Shown here: in pieces, positions 27,441-39,134 of the stretch
Layout of the letters: every line of letters begins with the position of its first letter
How positions within the stretch are numbered: position 1 is the stretch's first letter
From: Antedon mediterranea
Taxonomy: Eukaryota; Animalia; Echinodermata
Assembly: GCF_964355755.1 (NCBI RefSeq)
Contig: NC_092679.1
Location: 21,993,432-22,057,431 of the forward strand
Reading direction: 5' to 3'
Length of the DNA: 64,000 bases
Made by a program: the position numbers and the translations under genes
The notes under the pieces: model-generated
Databases searched by the model: none
What the model saw: only the letters and a program-made list of their open reading frames with translations
Told to the model about the DNA's origin: nothing

Positions 27441-30400
27441 GTTATTGTTTGCATTTGAAACCATACATTACATTAAAACTGTTTGTTTCTAGTCAAGACT
27501 GAGATTAATCTGTTTTAATACTATTTTCATAAAAAGGTTTAATGTATTGTTTTCTCTATTAATGTACCCTTATTAATAAAAGAACTGTAGAGGCATTCTG
27601 TATTGAATATGATACATCTGTTAAATGACATTTGAACCCTCTCCTAACAAAATATGTATTTTCTCTTTTGTTTGACCCTGCTTTTTATTACATTTTTTGA
27701 TTCAAAATAAATGTTGAATGAGTGAAAATGCCGCCTGATTGAAAGCCCCAATACGTTGCATGTGCTTTTCGACCGAAATTGGTAAAGAGTTGCTTCAACC
27801 AAATTGCATTGATTCTGTCGCATACAGTATTTGAAAGTTGCATTGTTAACAAGTTTTGTTTAGTTTTTAAATTTATACAAAACAAAGTTAATTTATGGGT
27901 ATATATGTTATTATGGTTTAATGATATTACTTCCAGTCATAAAACATGATGCAATAATATTGCCGTGACGGAAGATATTAGCCAAAATACGAACAAACTT
28001 AGCCTTGTACTGTACATGATTTTTGCTGTAATTAAACTGGTTGACAATGTTGTTTTCATATCGCTAAATGCATGGCAAAGTAAACTGTACACAACAGGTA
28101 AATTATAGAGAGTTCTCAAAATGTTTTAAGAGAAGGACTTACCATTTACACAAAATTAGGCTGGAAATATGTTTATTTAATGGCAACCAATTGTCTGTGC
28201 TGTATCTCGCGTATGGCATTATATGACAAAAATCAAAGGCAATGTATGTAATACAGTATCACATGTTGCTCCTATATTATGTTTAGGTTCAAGATACAGG
28301 CTTCACATGTGATACTGTAGGCCTACATAAGATTACAGACTTAGCTTAATATGATACTAGTCAAATTATAGATAGAGGCATACAGTACAGGGAATCTGCA
28401 AATATGACCATGGATGAGTATAAGACTTGAAACCATTTGATGTAGAAATCCAAATTTGAGTAGCCCTTCCTAAAAAAAACAACTGGTGTACAATACTGTA
28501 TTGTGAACTGTACCATTTTCATTTTGGGGGTGTTACGAATAATACACAGATTTATTTCCTCAATGTAATACTCTCATGCATGTTTTGTCAAGTATTGTCC
28601 GTATATAATGAAACCAATTTTTTGTTATTATTTAATATGGGATTTTTTTGGGTGAGTAAAATTACATTTACATTTTACTACAGTAATCCGAGAAAATGGT
28701 TACATGTGCCCATTGCTTTTATTGCATTAAATTGCATTCAAAGTCATGTTTTTGTTTGTGTTGTTTTATTTTGTGGAAAAAAATGTGGAAAATTTTGCGA
28801 AAGATAATGAATATTAAAATGAACAGACAGAGTGAGTAGCACAAAAATATGCAGGATAACAAAAAAAGAAGAATTAAATGACGAAGATTAAAATGGTATA
28901 ATGACGTATGATGCATTGTACCAATTAATTAAACAATGAAGGAAACTAACAAGAAATTAAAAGAAACACCAAGAAGACCAAAAGAAACCGGGATAACCCA
29001 AATAAAAAAAGATTTAAGGAAAAAAATGTAGAATTTAGCAACAAAACCATCCTGTCCAACGGAGAAAAATATGGAAACAAGTTGTGGAAAGCGTAATGTC
29101 TGAATGACGAAAAAGTTTCACAAATTTTTCGGAAAGTTTCCAGTGTTATATGCAAAATATATTGCGTTATCACCATCTTAGAGAGTCATAGTAATCAGTT
29201 ATATCAAAAAATAAAAAGGTTGAAATTTGGCCATTTTTCAGAAATTGGCTAAAAACGCACTTTTTAAAATACTGTTATTATGCAATGTATATATTGCTAT
29301 ATATTGCGTTATAAGCATCTTATAGACGTATAGTAACCATTTATGTCAAAAAAATAAAAAGGTCGAAATTTAGCCAAATTTCAACCTTTTTATTTTTCTA
29401 TAACACTGGTTACTATAGCCTATGCTATAGACTATGCGCATGTTTATTGTACTATAGTAACCATTTAAGTCAAAAAATAAAAGGGTTGAAAAATGGCCAA
29501 ATTTCGATCTTTTTATTTTTTGATTAAACTGATTACTATAGCATAATAGACATGAGCAGAACCCATTATTCGACTCTGCGCATGTTTATTGTGCTATAGT
29601 AACCATTTATGTTATAAAATAAAAGGGTCGAAAAATGGTAATTTTTCGAAAATTTCCCTGTACTATAGTACAGGTATTTCTTCCAAAACCGACCAAATTT
29701 CGACCTTTTTATTTTTTGATAAAACTGATTACTATAGCATGCGCAGAACCCATTATTCGTCTCTGCGCATGTTTATTGTGCTATAGTAACCATTTATGTC
29801 AAAAGATAAAAGGGTCGAAAAATGGCAATTTTTCGAAAATTTCCCTGTACTATAGTACAGGGATTTCTTCCAAAACCGACCAAATTTCGACCTTTTTATT
29901 TTTTGATAAAACTGATTACTATAGCATAATAGACATGCGCAGAACCCATTATTCGTCTCTGCGCATGTTTATTGTGTTATAGTAACCATTTATGTAAAAA
30001 AATAAAAGGGTCGAAAAATGGTAATTTTTCGAAAATTTCCATGTACTATATATAGTACAGGGATTTCTTCCAAAACCCACAAAATTTCGACCTTTATATT
30101 TTTTGATAAAACTGATTACTATAGCATAATAGACATGCGCAGAACCCATTATTCGTCTCTGCGCATGTTTATTGTGTTATAGTAACCATTTATTTCAAAA
30201 AATAAAAGGGTCGAAAAATGGCAATTTTTCGAAAATTTCCCTGTACTATAGTACAGGGATTTCTTCCAAAACCGACCAAATTTCGACCTTTTTATTTTTT
30301 GATTAAACTGATTACTATAGCATAATAGACATGCGCAGAACCCATTATTCGTCCCTGCGCATATTTATTGTGCTATAGTAACCATTTATGTTAAAAAATA

Positions 30401-32758
30401 AAAGGGTCGAAAAATGGTAATTTTTCGAAAATTTCCATGTACTATAGTACAGGGATTTCTTCCAAAACCGACCAAATTTCGACCTCTTTATTTTTTGATA
30501 AAACTGATTACTATAGCATAATAGACATGCACAGCACCCATTATTCGACTCTGCGCATGTTTATTGTGTTATAGTAACCATTTATTTCAAAAAATAAAAG
30601 GGTCGAAAAATGGCAGTTTTTCGAAAATTTCCCTGTACTATGGTACAGGGATTTCTTCCAAAACCGACCAAATTTCGACATTTTTATTTTTCGATAAAAC
30701 TGATTACTATAGCATAATAGACATGCGCAGAACCCATTATTCGTCTCTGCGCATGTTTATTGTGTTATAGTAACCATTTATTTCAAAAAATAAAAGGGTC
30801 GAAAAATTGCAATTTTTCGAAAATTTCCCTGTACAGGGATTTCTTCCAAAACCGACCAAATTTCGACCTTTTTATTTTTCGATAAAACTGATTACTATAG
30901 CATAATAGACATGCACAGCACCCATTATTCGACTCTGCGCATGTTTATTGTGCTATAGTAACCATTTATGTCAAAAAATAAAAGGGTCGAAAAATGGCAA
31001 TTTTTCGAAAATTTCCCTGTACTATAGTACAGGGATTTCTTCCAAAACCGACCAAATTTCGACCTATTTATATTTTTTGATAAAACTGATTACTATAGCA
31101 TAATAGACATGCGCAGAACCCATTATTCGTCTCTGCGCATGTTTATTGTGTTATAGTAACCATTTATTTCAAAAAATAAAAGGGTCGAAAAATTGCAATT
31201 TTTCGAAAATTTCCCTGTACAGGGATTTCTTCCAAAACCGACCAAATTTCGACCTTTTTATTTTTCGATAAAACTGATTACTATAGCATAATAGACATGC
31301 ACAGCACCCATTATTCGACTCTGCGCATGTTTATTGTGCTATAGTAACCATTTATGTCAAAAAATAAAAGGGTCGAAAAATGGCAATTTTTCGAAAATTT
31401 CCCTGTACTATAGTACAGGGATTTCTTCCAAAACCGACCAAATTTCGACCTTTTTATTTTTCGATAAAACTGATTACTATAGCATAATAGACATGCGCAG
31501 AACCCATTATTCGTCTCTGCGCATATTTATTGTGCTATAGTAACCATTTATGTCAAAAAATAAAAGGGTCGAAAAATGGTAATTTTTCGAAAATTTCCCT
31601 GTACTATAGTACAGGGATTTCTTCCAAAACCGACCAAATTTCGACCTGTTTATTTTTTGATAAAACTGATTACTATAGCATAATAGACATGAGCAGAACC
31701 CATTATTCGACTCTGCGCATGTTTATTGTGCTATAGTAACCATTTATTTCAAAAAATAAAAGGGTCGAAAAATGGCAATTTTTCGAAAATTTCCCTGTAC
31801 TATAAAACAGGGATTTCTTCCAAAACCGACCAAATTTCGACCTTTATATTTTTTGATAAAACTGATTACTATAGCATAATAGACATGTGCAGAATCCATT
31901 ATTCGACTTTGCGCATCTTTATTGTGCTATAGTAACCATTTATGTCACAAAATAAAATGGTCGAAAAATGGTAATTTTTCGAAATATTTCCTGTACTATA
32001 GTACAGAGATTTCTTCCAAAACCGACCAAATTTCGACCTTTTATTTTTCGATAAAACTGATTTCTATAGCATAATATACATGCGCAGAACCCATTATTTG
32101 TCTCTGCGCATGTTTATTGTGCTATAGTAACCATTTATGTCAAAAAATAAAAGGGTCAAAAAATGGCAATTTTTCGAAAATTTCCCTGTACTATAGTACA
32201 GGGATTTCTTCCAAAACCGACCAAATTTCGACCTTTTTATTTTTCGATAAAACTGATTACTATAGCATAATAGACATGCACAGCACCCATTATTTGACTC
32301 TGCGCATGTTTATTGTGCTATAGTAACCATTTATGTCAAAAAATAAAAGGGTCGAAAAATGGTAAATTTTCGAAAATTTTCCTGTACTATAGTACAGGGA
32401 ATTCTTCCAAAACCGACCCAATTTCGACCTTTTTATTTTTTGATAAAACTGATTAATATAGCATAATAGACATGCGCAGAACCCATTATTCGTCTCTGCG
32501 CATGTTTATTGTGCTATAGTAACCATTTATGTCAAAAAATAAAACGGTCGAAAAATGGGAATTTTTCGAAATATTCCCTGTACTATAGTACAGAGATTTC
32601 TTCCAAAACCGACCAAATTTCGACCTTTTTATTTTTCGATAAAACCGATTTTTATAGCATAATATACATGCGCAGAACCCATTATTTGTCTCTGCGCATG
32701 TTTATTGTGCTATAGTAACCATTTATGTCAAAAAATAAAAGGGCCTGACATATATGTC

Positions 32759-33701
32759 TGTAAGGATGTGGACGACAACACAAAAGGAAAAACACGCCTT
32801 TTCTCACTTTTACCACGGTCCGGTGGTGTATTTGGTTTTAATTTGTTTTTAGCATAACAATAGAGATCAGTATGGTCCTTTTAATCAGATCTTTAATTAA
32901 GTAAGAGACAAAACTATCTGCTTCCTTGACCGGTTCATGAATACAAAAAAAAGCAAATCATTTAAAAAAGACTGTTACAATTATAGGGGGCAGCAACACC
33001 TATAGGGGGCAGTATTTAATTATCACATGATTAGATTAATCCCCACACTCCCCTGTTTAAGCTGAGTTTGTCCTCAAACTTAATATTATTCACAACAAGA
33101 AGAATCTTTTCAGTATTTTCAGAGTCAATGCCAGCATCATCAGGCCAGTCAGGGTAAACGTCCCCAGTACCATCGTCTTCAACAAAGGACTCTACACATT
33201 CCCCTTCGGCTCCCACAAAGTGTCTCATCTTCTTCTCTGGGAGAACATATACTGTGTTTCCATTACCATGGGCAGCACGCCTAGTTGCTTCTAGTTCGGC
33301 TCTTAGCTCATCAACCGTCCTCTGCACATCTCGCAACGATGCCTTGCTTGCCATCACTGATCTCTAATGTTAAAGCCAAATACGATCCACGATCCCACTT
33401 CTGACACCAAATTGTAAGGATGTGGACGACAACACAAAAGGAAAAACACGCCTTTTCTCACTTTTACCACGGTCCGGTGGTGTATTTGGTTTTAATTTGT
33501 TTTTAGCATAACAATAGAGATCAGTATGGTCCTTTTAATCAGATCTTTAATTAAGTAAGAGACAAAACTATCTGCTTCCTTGACCGGTTCATGAATACAA
33601 AAAAAAGCAAATCATTTAAAAAAGACTGTTACAATTATAGGGGGCAGCAACACCTATAGGGGGCAGTATTTAATTATCACATGATTAGATTAATCCCCAC
33701 A
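32759..33701 (-). mobile_element. Miniature non-autonomous LTR retroelement (TRIM-like, Gypsy-derived)
   Basis: Two 289-bp TG...CA LTRs (32759-33047 and 33413-33701) that look identical by eye. TSD TGTC on both sides. PBS TGGTGTCAGAAGTGGGAT (33392-33409, minus strand) complementary to the tRNA-Leu 3' end. PPT AAACAGGGGAG (33048-33058). Confidence 0.95.
33031..33354 (-). CDS. Short gag-derived ORF inside the mini-LTR element
   Basis: MASKASLRDVQRTVDELRAELEATRRAAH...VYVLPEKKMRHFVGAEGECVESFVED looks like a coiled coil plus the start of a Gypsy capsid (KxxxFxG...VExFxE). It runs through the PPT and stops inside the 3' LTR. Confidence 0.6.
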   Translation of the reverse strand: MASKASLRDVQRTVDELRAELEATRRAAHGNGNTVYVLPEKKMRHFVGAEGECVESFVEDDGTGDVYPDWPDDAGIDSENTEKILLVVNNIKFEDKLSLNRGVWGLI

Positions 33702-34878
33702 TGTCTATTATTATCTCTTATTACTATATTTCCCTGTACTATAGTACAGGGATTTCTTCCAAAACTGACCAAATTTCGACCTTTTTATTTTTTGATAAAA
33801 CTGATTACTATAGGATAATAGACATGCGCAGAACCCATATTTTGTCTCTGCGCATGTTTATTGTGCTATAGTAACCATTTATGTCAAAAAATAAAAGTTC
33901 GAAAATTTCCCTGTGCTATAGTAAAGGGATTTCTTCCAAAACCGACCAAATTTCGACCTTTTTATTTTTTAATAAAACTGATTACTATAGCATAATATAC
34001 ATGCGCAGAAGTCATTATTTGACTCTGCGCATATTTATTGTGATATAGTAACCATTTATGTCAAAAAATAAAAGGGTCGAAAAATGGCCATTTTTAGAAA
34101 ATTTCCCTGTACTATATTATAGGGATTTCTTCCAAAACCGACCAAATTTATTGTTCTATAATGGCCATTTTCGAAAATTTCCCTGTACAGGGATTTTTTC
34201 CAAAAATAGCCAAATTTCGACATTTTTATTTTTCGATAAAACGGGTTAGCATAGTATAGTTGACTTGCGCAGAACCCATTATTCGACTCTGCGCATATTT
34301 ATTGTGCTATAGTAACTATTTATGTCAACCAATAAAAGGGTCGAAAAATGGTCATTTTCGAAAATTTCCCTGTACTATAGTACAGGGATTTCTTCCAAAA
34401 CCGACCAAATTTCAACATTTTTATTTTTTGATAAAACTGATTACTATAGCATAATAGACATGCGCAGAACCCATTATTTGTCTCTGCGCATGTTTATTGT
34501 GCTATAGTAACCATTTTTTTCCAAAAATGGCAAAATTTCGACTTTTTTAAAATACTATTATTATTATACAATAATATTGCTATAATATGTGCATATATTG
34601 CGTTATAAGAATCTTATAGACGTATAGTAGTAACTATTTATGTCAAGAGGGGAAGAAAAAATTTTGAGTATGTGACAGGCTGTAATCTGCCTGAACATCT
34701 AAGTCATGTTTTTAGATAAAATACATTTATTTATAGTATTTATCCGACAAGAAAACTTACTTATATATGTCATGGGATATTTTTCTAGCCATAATGATGA
34801 TTTACTAACGCGACCGAAAAAAAAGACGCGACCGCGATGTATCAAAAACGTCTGGCGGCGCTACATACAGAAATGCCG

Positions 34879-35284
34879 CAGAGCCATATATATAAAGAGT
34901 TACGACATTGAAGTTGAACTTTTTCTTATATTTAAAAAAATGTAATTGCACATTTTACGATGAAATATCGATGTGCACAGCGTACAGAAGTACTTGCGGC
35001 AAAGAATATTGCGCACGCGTGCGCTTCCATGTAGGCCCTAGCATTTATTTTTTTGTTGTTATAAAAAATATATATATATGTTACCAAATCAATACATTAA
35101 TAAAATTAATTACTAAAAGAAAAACGGAATCTAAGAGTTATTTCATAGACAACAAAATCTAAAAATAATGCACAAACTATAGGAAAACGCTATACAAAAG
35201 AGACGCGCGCGCCCTCAGCGTGCGAATTCTTTGACACAAAAATGGCTTCTAATCTTCAATGTCGTAACTCTTTATATGGCTCTG
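34879..35284. mobile_element. hAT-like MITE in the FAM177A1 promoter region
   Basis: TIRs CAGAGCCATATA(TA)TAAAGAGTTACGACATTGAAG and CTTCAATGTCGTAACTCTTTATATGGCTCTG, with a perfect 8-bp TSD AAATGCCG (34871-34878 and 35285-35292). Confidence 0.9.
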
Positions 35285-35422
35285 AAATGCCGGAAGTTGA
35301 TTGATGCGATCAATCATATCATCATCAAACATTTTGTGTATCCCACTCTGAATTAAGTATCCCCCTCTCCTTCTTTCGCATGTTATATATACAGCAAAAA
35401 AACATTCTATTAAAATAACATC

Positions 35423-35470
35423 ATGCAGCAACAATCGGACATACCATCCAAGAATTCCGTTTCAAACGAG
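35423..35470 (+). CDS. FAM177A1: FAM177A1-like, predicted first coding exon
   Basis: ATG at 35423, 16 codons (MQQQSDIPSKNSVSNE) ending GAG|GTATTT. Phase 0 fits the next exon. Confidence 0.65.
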
Positions 35471-35859
35471 GTATTTATTATATTTGTATTTCATAAGAAT
35501 AGCTAGGCCTTAGTTAGGAGGATGCTGTTTCGTTTTAATTATAAGTTAGTATCTAGGCCAGACCTAGGCGGGCACAGAAAATCGGGCACATCATGGACGA
35601 TCGGGCCCATTGATTATTATAGGGCCTAGGCCTAAACAAGTTTCTATACTACTAGGCCTAGTGGCCACATCTAGGCCCTAGACCTAACTACTGTAGATAG
35701 TCTGTATTTTGGATTCCTGTATTTTTGTACTGTACATGCATAAAATTCACAACTTAATTATATTCATTTATTATATATTAAAATATATTATAATTAAAAT
35801 ATATTAGGGCCTAGGCTAGTATTGATTATTGACAATCGTGTCTTTTGTTTATATTTCAG

Positions 35860-36048
35860 ACTTTGTTGATAGGCAACAAGGGTGGGTTACTGTCAGCAGC
35901 CCTTCCACCTGAAAAAGAATTTGAAGCAATCACATTGGAAGAGAAGAAACAACCAAAACGAGTGCTTCATTTTAGTGATGGAATTCTCGAAGAGTTCAGT
36001 TCAGATGAAGAAGAGGATGAAACTGATGCTCAACCAAAAATAGACCCT
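35860..36048 (+). CDS. FAM177A1: FAM177A1-like exon 2
   Basis: KQPKRVLHFSDGILEEFSSDEEE...KIDP matches the FAM177 PxRxIHFxxGExMEEYSTDEDE motif. tttcag acceptor and GTATGC donor. Confidence 0.9.
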
Positions 36049-36423
36049 GTATGCTTAACCATGAGGAACCATATTCTTACTCTTTGTTTCTCATCTATTT
36101 GATTTAAATAATATCTGATGACAATCAGGCCCAGAAATAACAACCTAACCACTAAATAATCAACCTAACCACGGTGCTACTACATTTTCGCGCCTCAATC
36201 TCTCAAGTTTACCCAATTTAACAAACATTCACCTGCGGTGATGGTCCGTGTCCGACCATGGTGTTTATGCCCAGTTAGTTGCGAAAGTACAGTAGCACCC
36301 CCACCTAAAGAAACTGACCCTCCTCCTCATGTCCGATTGTTTTCTCTACTTTTATTCCATTAACACTCTTCAGATCATTGCCGCCCAATTCATTAGCTTT
36401 TACTAATTACTTATGTTTTACAG

Positions 36424-36490
36424 AAAACCTTGACTTGGATCCCATATTTATGGTATTATTGTGTGCTTGGAGCGACAAAAACATTGTCCG
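36424..36490 (+). CDS. FAM177A1: FAM177A1-like exon 3
   Basis: KTLTWIPYLWYYCVLGATKTLS (FAM177 LTWGPYLWF motif). ttacag acceptor. Confidence 0.92.
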
Positions 36491-36620
36491 GTATCGTACC
36501 TTATATTATTATCACTTTCACTGAAATAAACAATTGTTAAAATAACCTGTGTTCATATATTACTCACTCAAAAACACAAACTTACTGTACTATTTAATAA
36601 TTGTTGTTCTGTTCTTTTAG

Positions 36621-36718
36621 TTTGTGATGTAGTAGGAGAGAAATTTGCTTGGTGGCTCGGAATTACGTCGCCTAAATATCAGTATGCTATTGATGAGTAC
36701 AACAGACTAAAAGAAGAG
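36621..36718 (+). CDS. FAM177A1: FAM177A1-like exon 4
   Basis: VCDVVGEKFAWWLGITSPKYQYAIDEYNRLKEE matches the FAM177 CDxxGEKxAxxLGIxxPKYQYAIDEY motif. Confidence 0.95.
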
Positions 36719-37036
36719 GTGTGGCTACAATTTCACTACAGTACATTATTACCATATACTGTACATGACCAAAGCCAGGGAATACGATTTAGGAAAAATT
36801 AGTGGGTGGGGTGGAATGTATAATTTAGATTGGATTAACAATGAAATTCAACTTTGCTATTATTTATTATCTATAGGTATATGGAATATTCTGACTACTA
36901 AAAATAAGTCAATTACCTCTTAACTTTCCCAACTTTATAAACATCAATACAATAGTCAAATTAATTTGTGTCTTGTCTTTTCAATTAAAAATAAATTCAG
37001 ATCATTTTAAAACATTTCTTATTATATGTTTATTAG

Positions 37037-37168
37037 GAAAGAGAGGAACTTGATGAAGAGATGAAGGAACGAGAAGAGGAAAAAAATAGAGTGGCTGAAA
37101 TGAATGCGAAAGAAATGTACACGGATAAAGGAAACACAGGAAGTGATCCTGCGTCATCCAATATATGA
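37037..37168 (+). CDS. FAM177A1: FAM177A1-like terminal exon
   Basis: tattag acceptor, acidic EREELDEEMKEREEEKNR...SSNI*, with TGA at 37166-37168. Confidence 0.82.
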   Translation, partial: EREELDEEMKEREEEKNRVAEMNAKEMYTDKGNTGSDPASSNI

Positions 37169-38321
37169 CCTTTAGTTAGAAACAACCAATTAATCTCAAA
37201 ACATACAATACAATATTTGTTGTTATAAATAAGTTGGGGATTTCTACTATTAATGACATGTATTGAATATTATCAAAGGCAAAAACCATTGTGTGTACAC
37301 AGTTTTTATACACTGATACCTACACATCTGTCTTATCTATTAGTCCACATTCTGGCTGACATCACATGTACTTTATTTGTGAATTCACCTTTTGCTGTTG
37401 CCTTCCTTGCTCCAACCTAAAAAATAAATCCCAGTCTACATTAGAAAAATTTACCAAGTGTAGACCAGGTGAAAAACTTTGGCAAACTGCGGAAAAGAAG
37501 TTGGGCCACACATCCATGCTTGTTTGCTGATATTTATGAACTCAACCAATCAAATCACAGTCTGTCTAGTCATGTGATTCTGCAGGTGTATAAAGTGTCT
37601 AGTCCACACTAGCAAACTTTAGTTGCAAACTCAAGAAAAGTAAAGTTATTCAAGATAAATTTGCCAGTGTAAACCAGTTGATAAACTTTGCAAAACTCCA
37701 GAAAACGCGTTTGTAAACTTGAAAAGTTTGGGTCATGCGTTTGCTTGACAAACTAATTTGATTTGTGAGCTCAGTGAATCAAATCAGTCTTTTTATTCAT
37801 GTGATTCTGCAGAGTGGACTGGTTTTCAATAACTTCTCTACAACAGTGGCAAAGTTTGGTTTGGTAAATTTTGTAGATTAGGCTTAATAAAGAAGAGGTA
37901 CCAAAATGTAAACATATACTTGTATTTCAGTATTTGATTGTAATGGATGTATATGTATTCATATATTTAGTGTATTTTTACTTTTTCTGTATTTAATACA
38001 GTAGTTTCTCTTTTTATATTAAGTTTTATTTGTGTGTTTTACAATATTTTTACTGTATGATGTTTACTTTTGCTGTATTTAATACAGTAGTTTGCAATCA
38101 TTTAAAGAGACCAATCAAATTCTTCACAATCTGTAAATTTGAATATTTAAAAATATATAAATAATTATTAATGTATTTAGTTTGATTAGCAGTATTTAGT
38201 ATTAGTATTAATGTGTATAAAACTATTTTTCTATCCTGAATGGTTCCAAAATAATTTTCTTTCATATTCCCTCCATATATTTGTTGCATAAAGTAAGTAC
38301 AGTACATTGGAACCCTATTAA

Positions 38322-38447
38322 AGCTTGGTTTCCACTAGGACGCGACGCAAACAAGTTGACCTATGACATGCGACAGAATAATTCATTGCTTGTAATTGGT
38401 CAAATCCATTGCATTATGTCATTGTGTTGCGTCTCTAGTGGGAACAC
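38322..38447. mobile_element. Small Harbinger-like MITE nested in a Tigger-like remnant
   Basis: GCTTGGTTTCCACTAGGACGCGACGCAA ... TTGCGTCTCTAGTGGGAAC form an imperfect inverted repeat. Confidence 0.55.
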
Positions 38448-39134
38448 CTTCAGGATAAGGGTGTCCTCTAAATAGGAGTAGGATGTAAACATTTTACATA
38501 ATATGTTGTCCTGGTTTGTTAACAGAAAAAGTGTCCCCAAAGGATGTATTCTACTCTAATTATTATATATCTTAATAGTTGATGTTTATTGTGGAAAAAA
38601 GTAGTTGTGATAAAAGAAATTACTAGAATCTTGCCATTTAAGTTGATTAAATGTATAGTTTACAATGAAAATGTAAATACTATTACTAAGTTCCTTTCAC
38701 CTAAAAACTGTGTGCCTACAGAATCAACCTGTCAAATCATTAAATGCTTGACATCTGTCGATATTTAAAACGTCTTATTATTTTGCTAAAATTTCATACA
38801 ATTATATAATGAGTGTGATATTTATATTATACTATGAATTACTAGTAATAAGTGACTGCAATGTTAATATTTTGTTTATATATTTCTGTGTGCAATAAAC
38901 TTTGTAAATGCTACACTATTAAGGCCTATATTGTTGATTATTCTACAAAAATGTGATGTTTTGTTCAACACACACTAATATTTTCTCCATTCAATGAATA
39001 TAATGCATTCATTACTTTACCTAATGCAAACAAAAACCTGCCACTCTGACCACAGCAGTTTATTTATGGTAGCACAATGGTGTTGGTTTCACATTTATCG
39101 GTCTTTTGTCTTTGTTCATGTCTTTCCTATATCA

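Larger units (their letters stand above)
29160..34645. repeat. 196-bp satellite array (roughly 20 or more units, degenerate at the edges) with internal dyad symmetry
   Basis: Equivalent positions recur at 31334, 31530 and 31726 (196-bp period). Units contain CCCTGTACTATAGTACAGGG and ACATGCGCAGA..TCTGCGCATGT. Confidence 0.97.

Noticed and set aside
29589-34507. Repeated 61-115 aa ORFs (MCYSNHL...) that look like a tandem peptide gene family or CRISPR-like array
   Set aside because: They are translations of the 196-bp satellite. The period is not a multiple of 3, the starts are mostly TTG, there are no unique spacers, and the context is eukaryotic.
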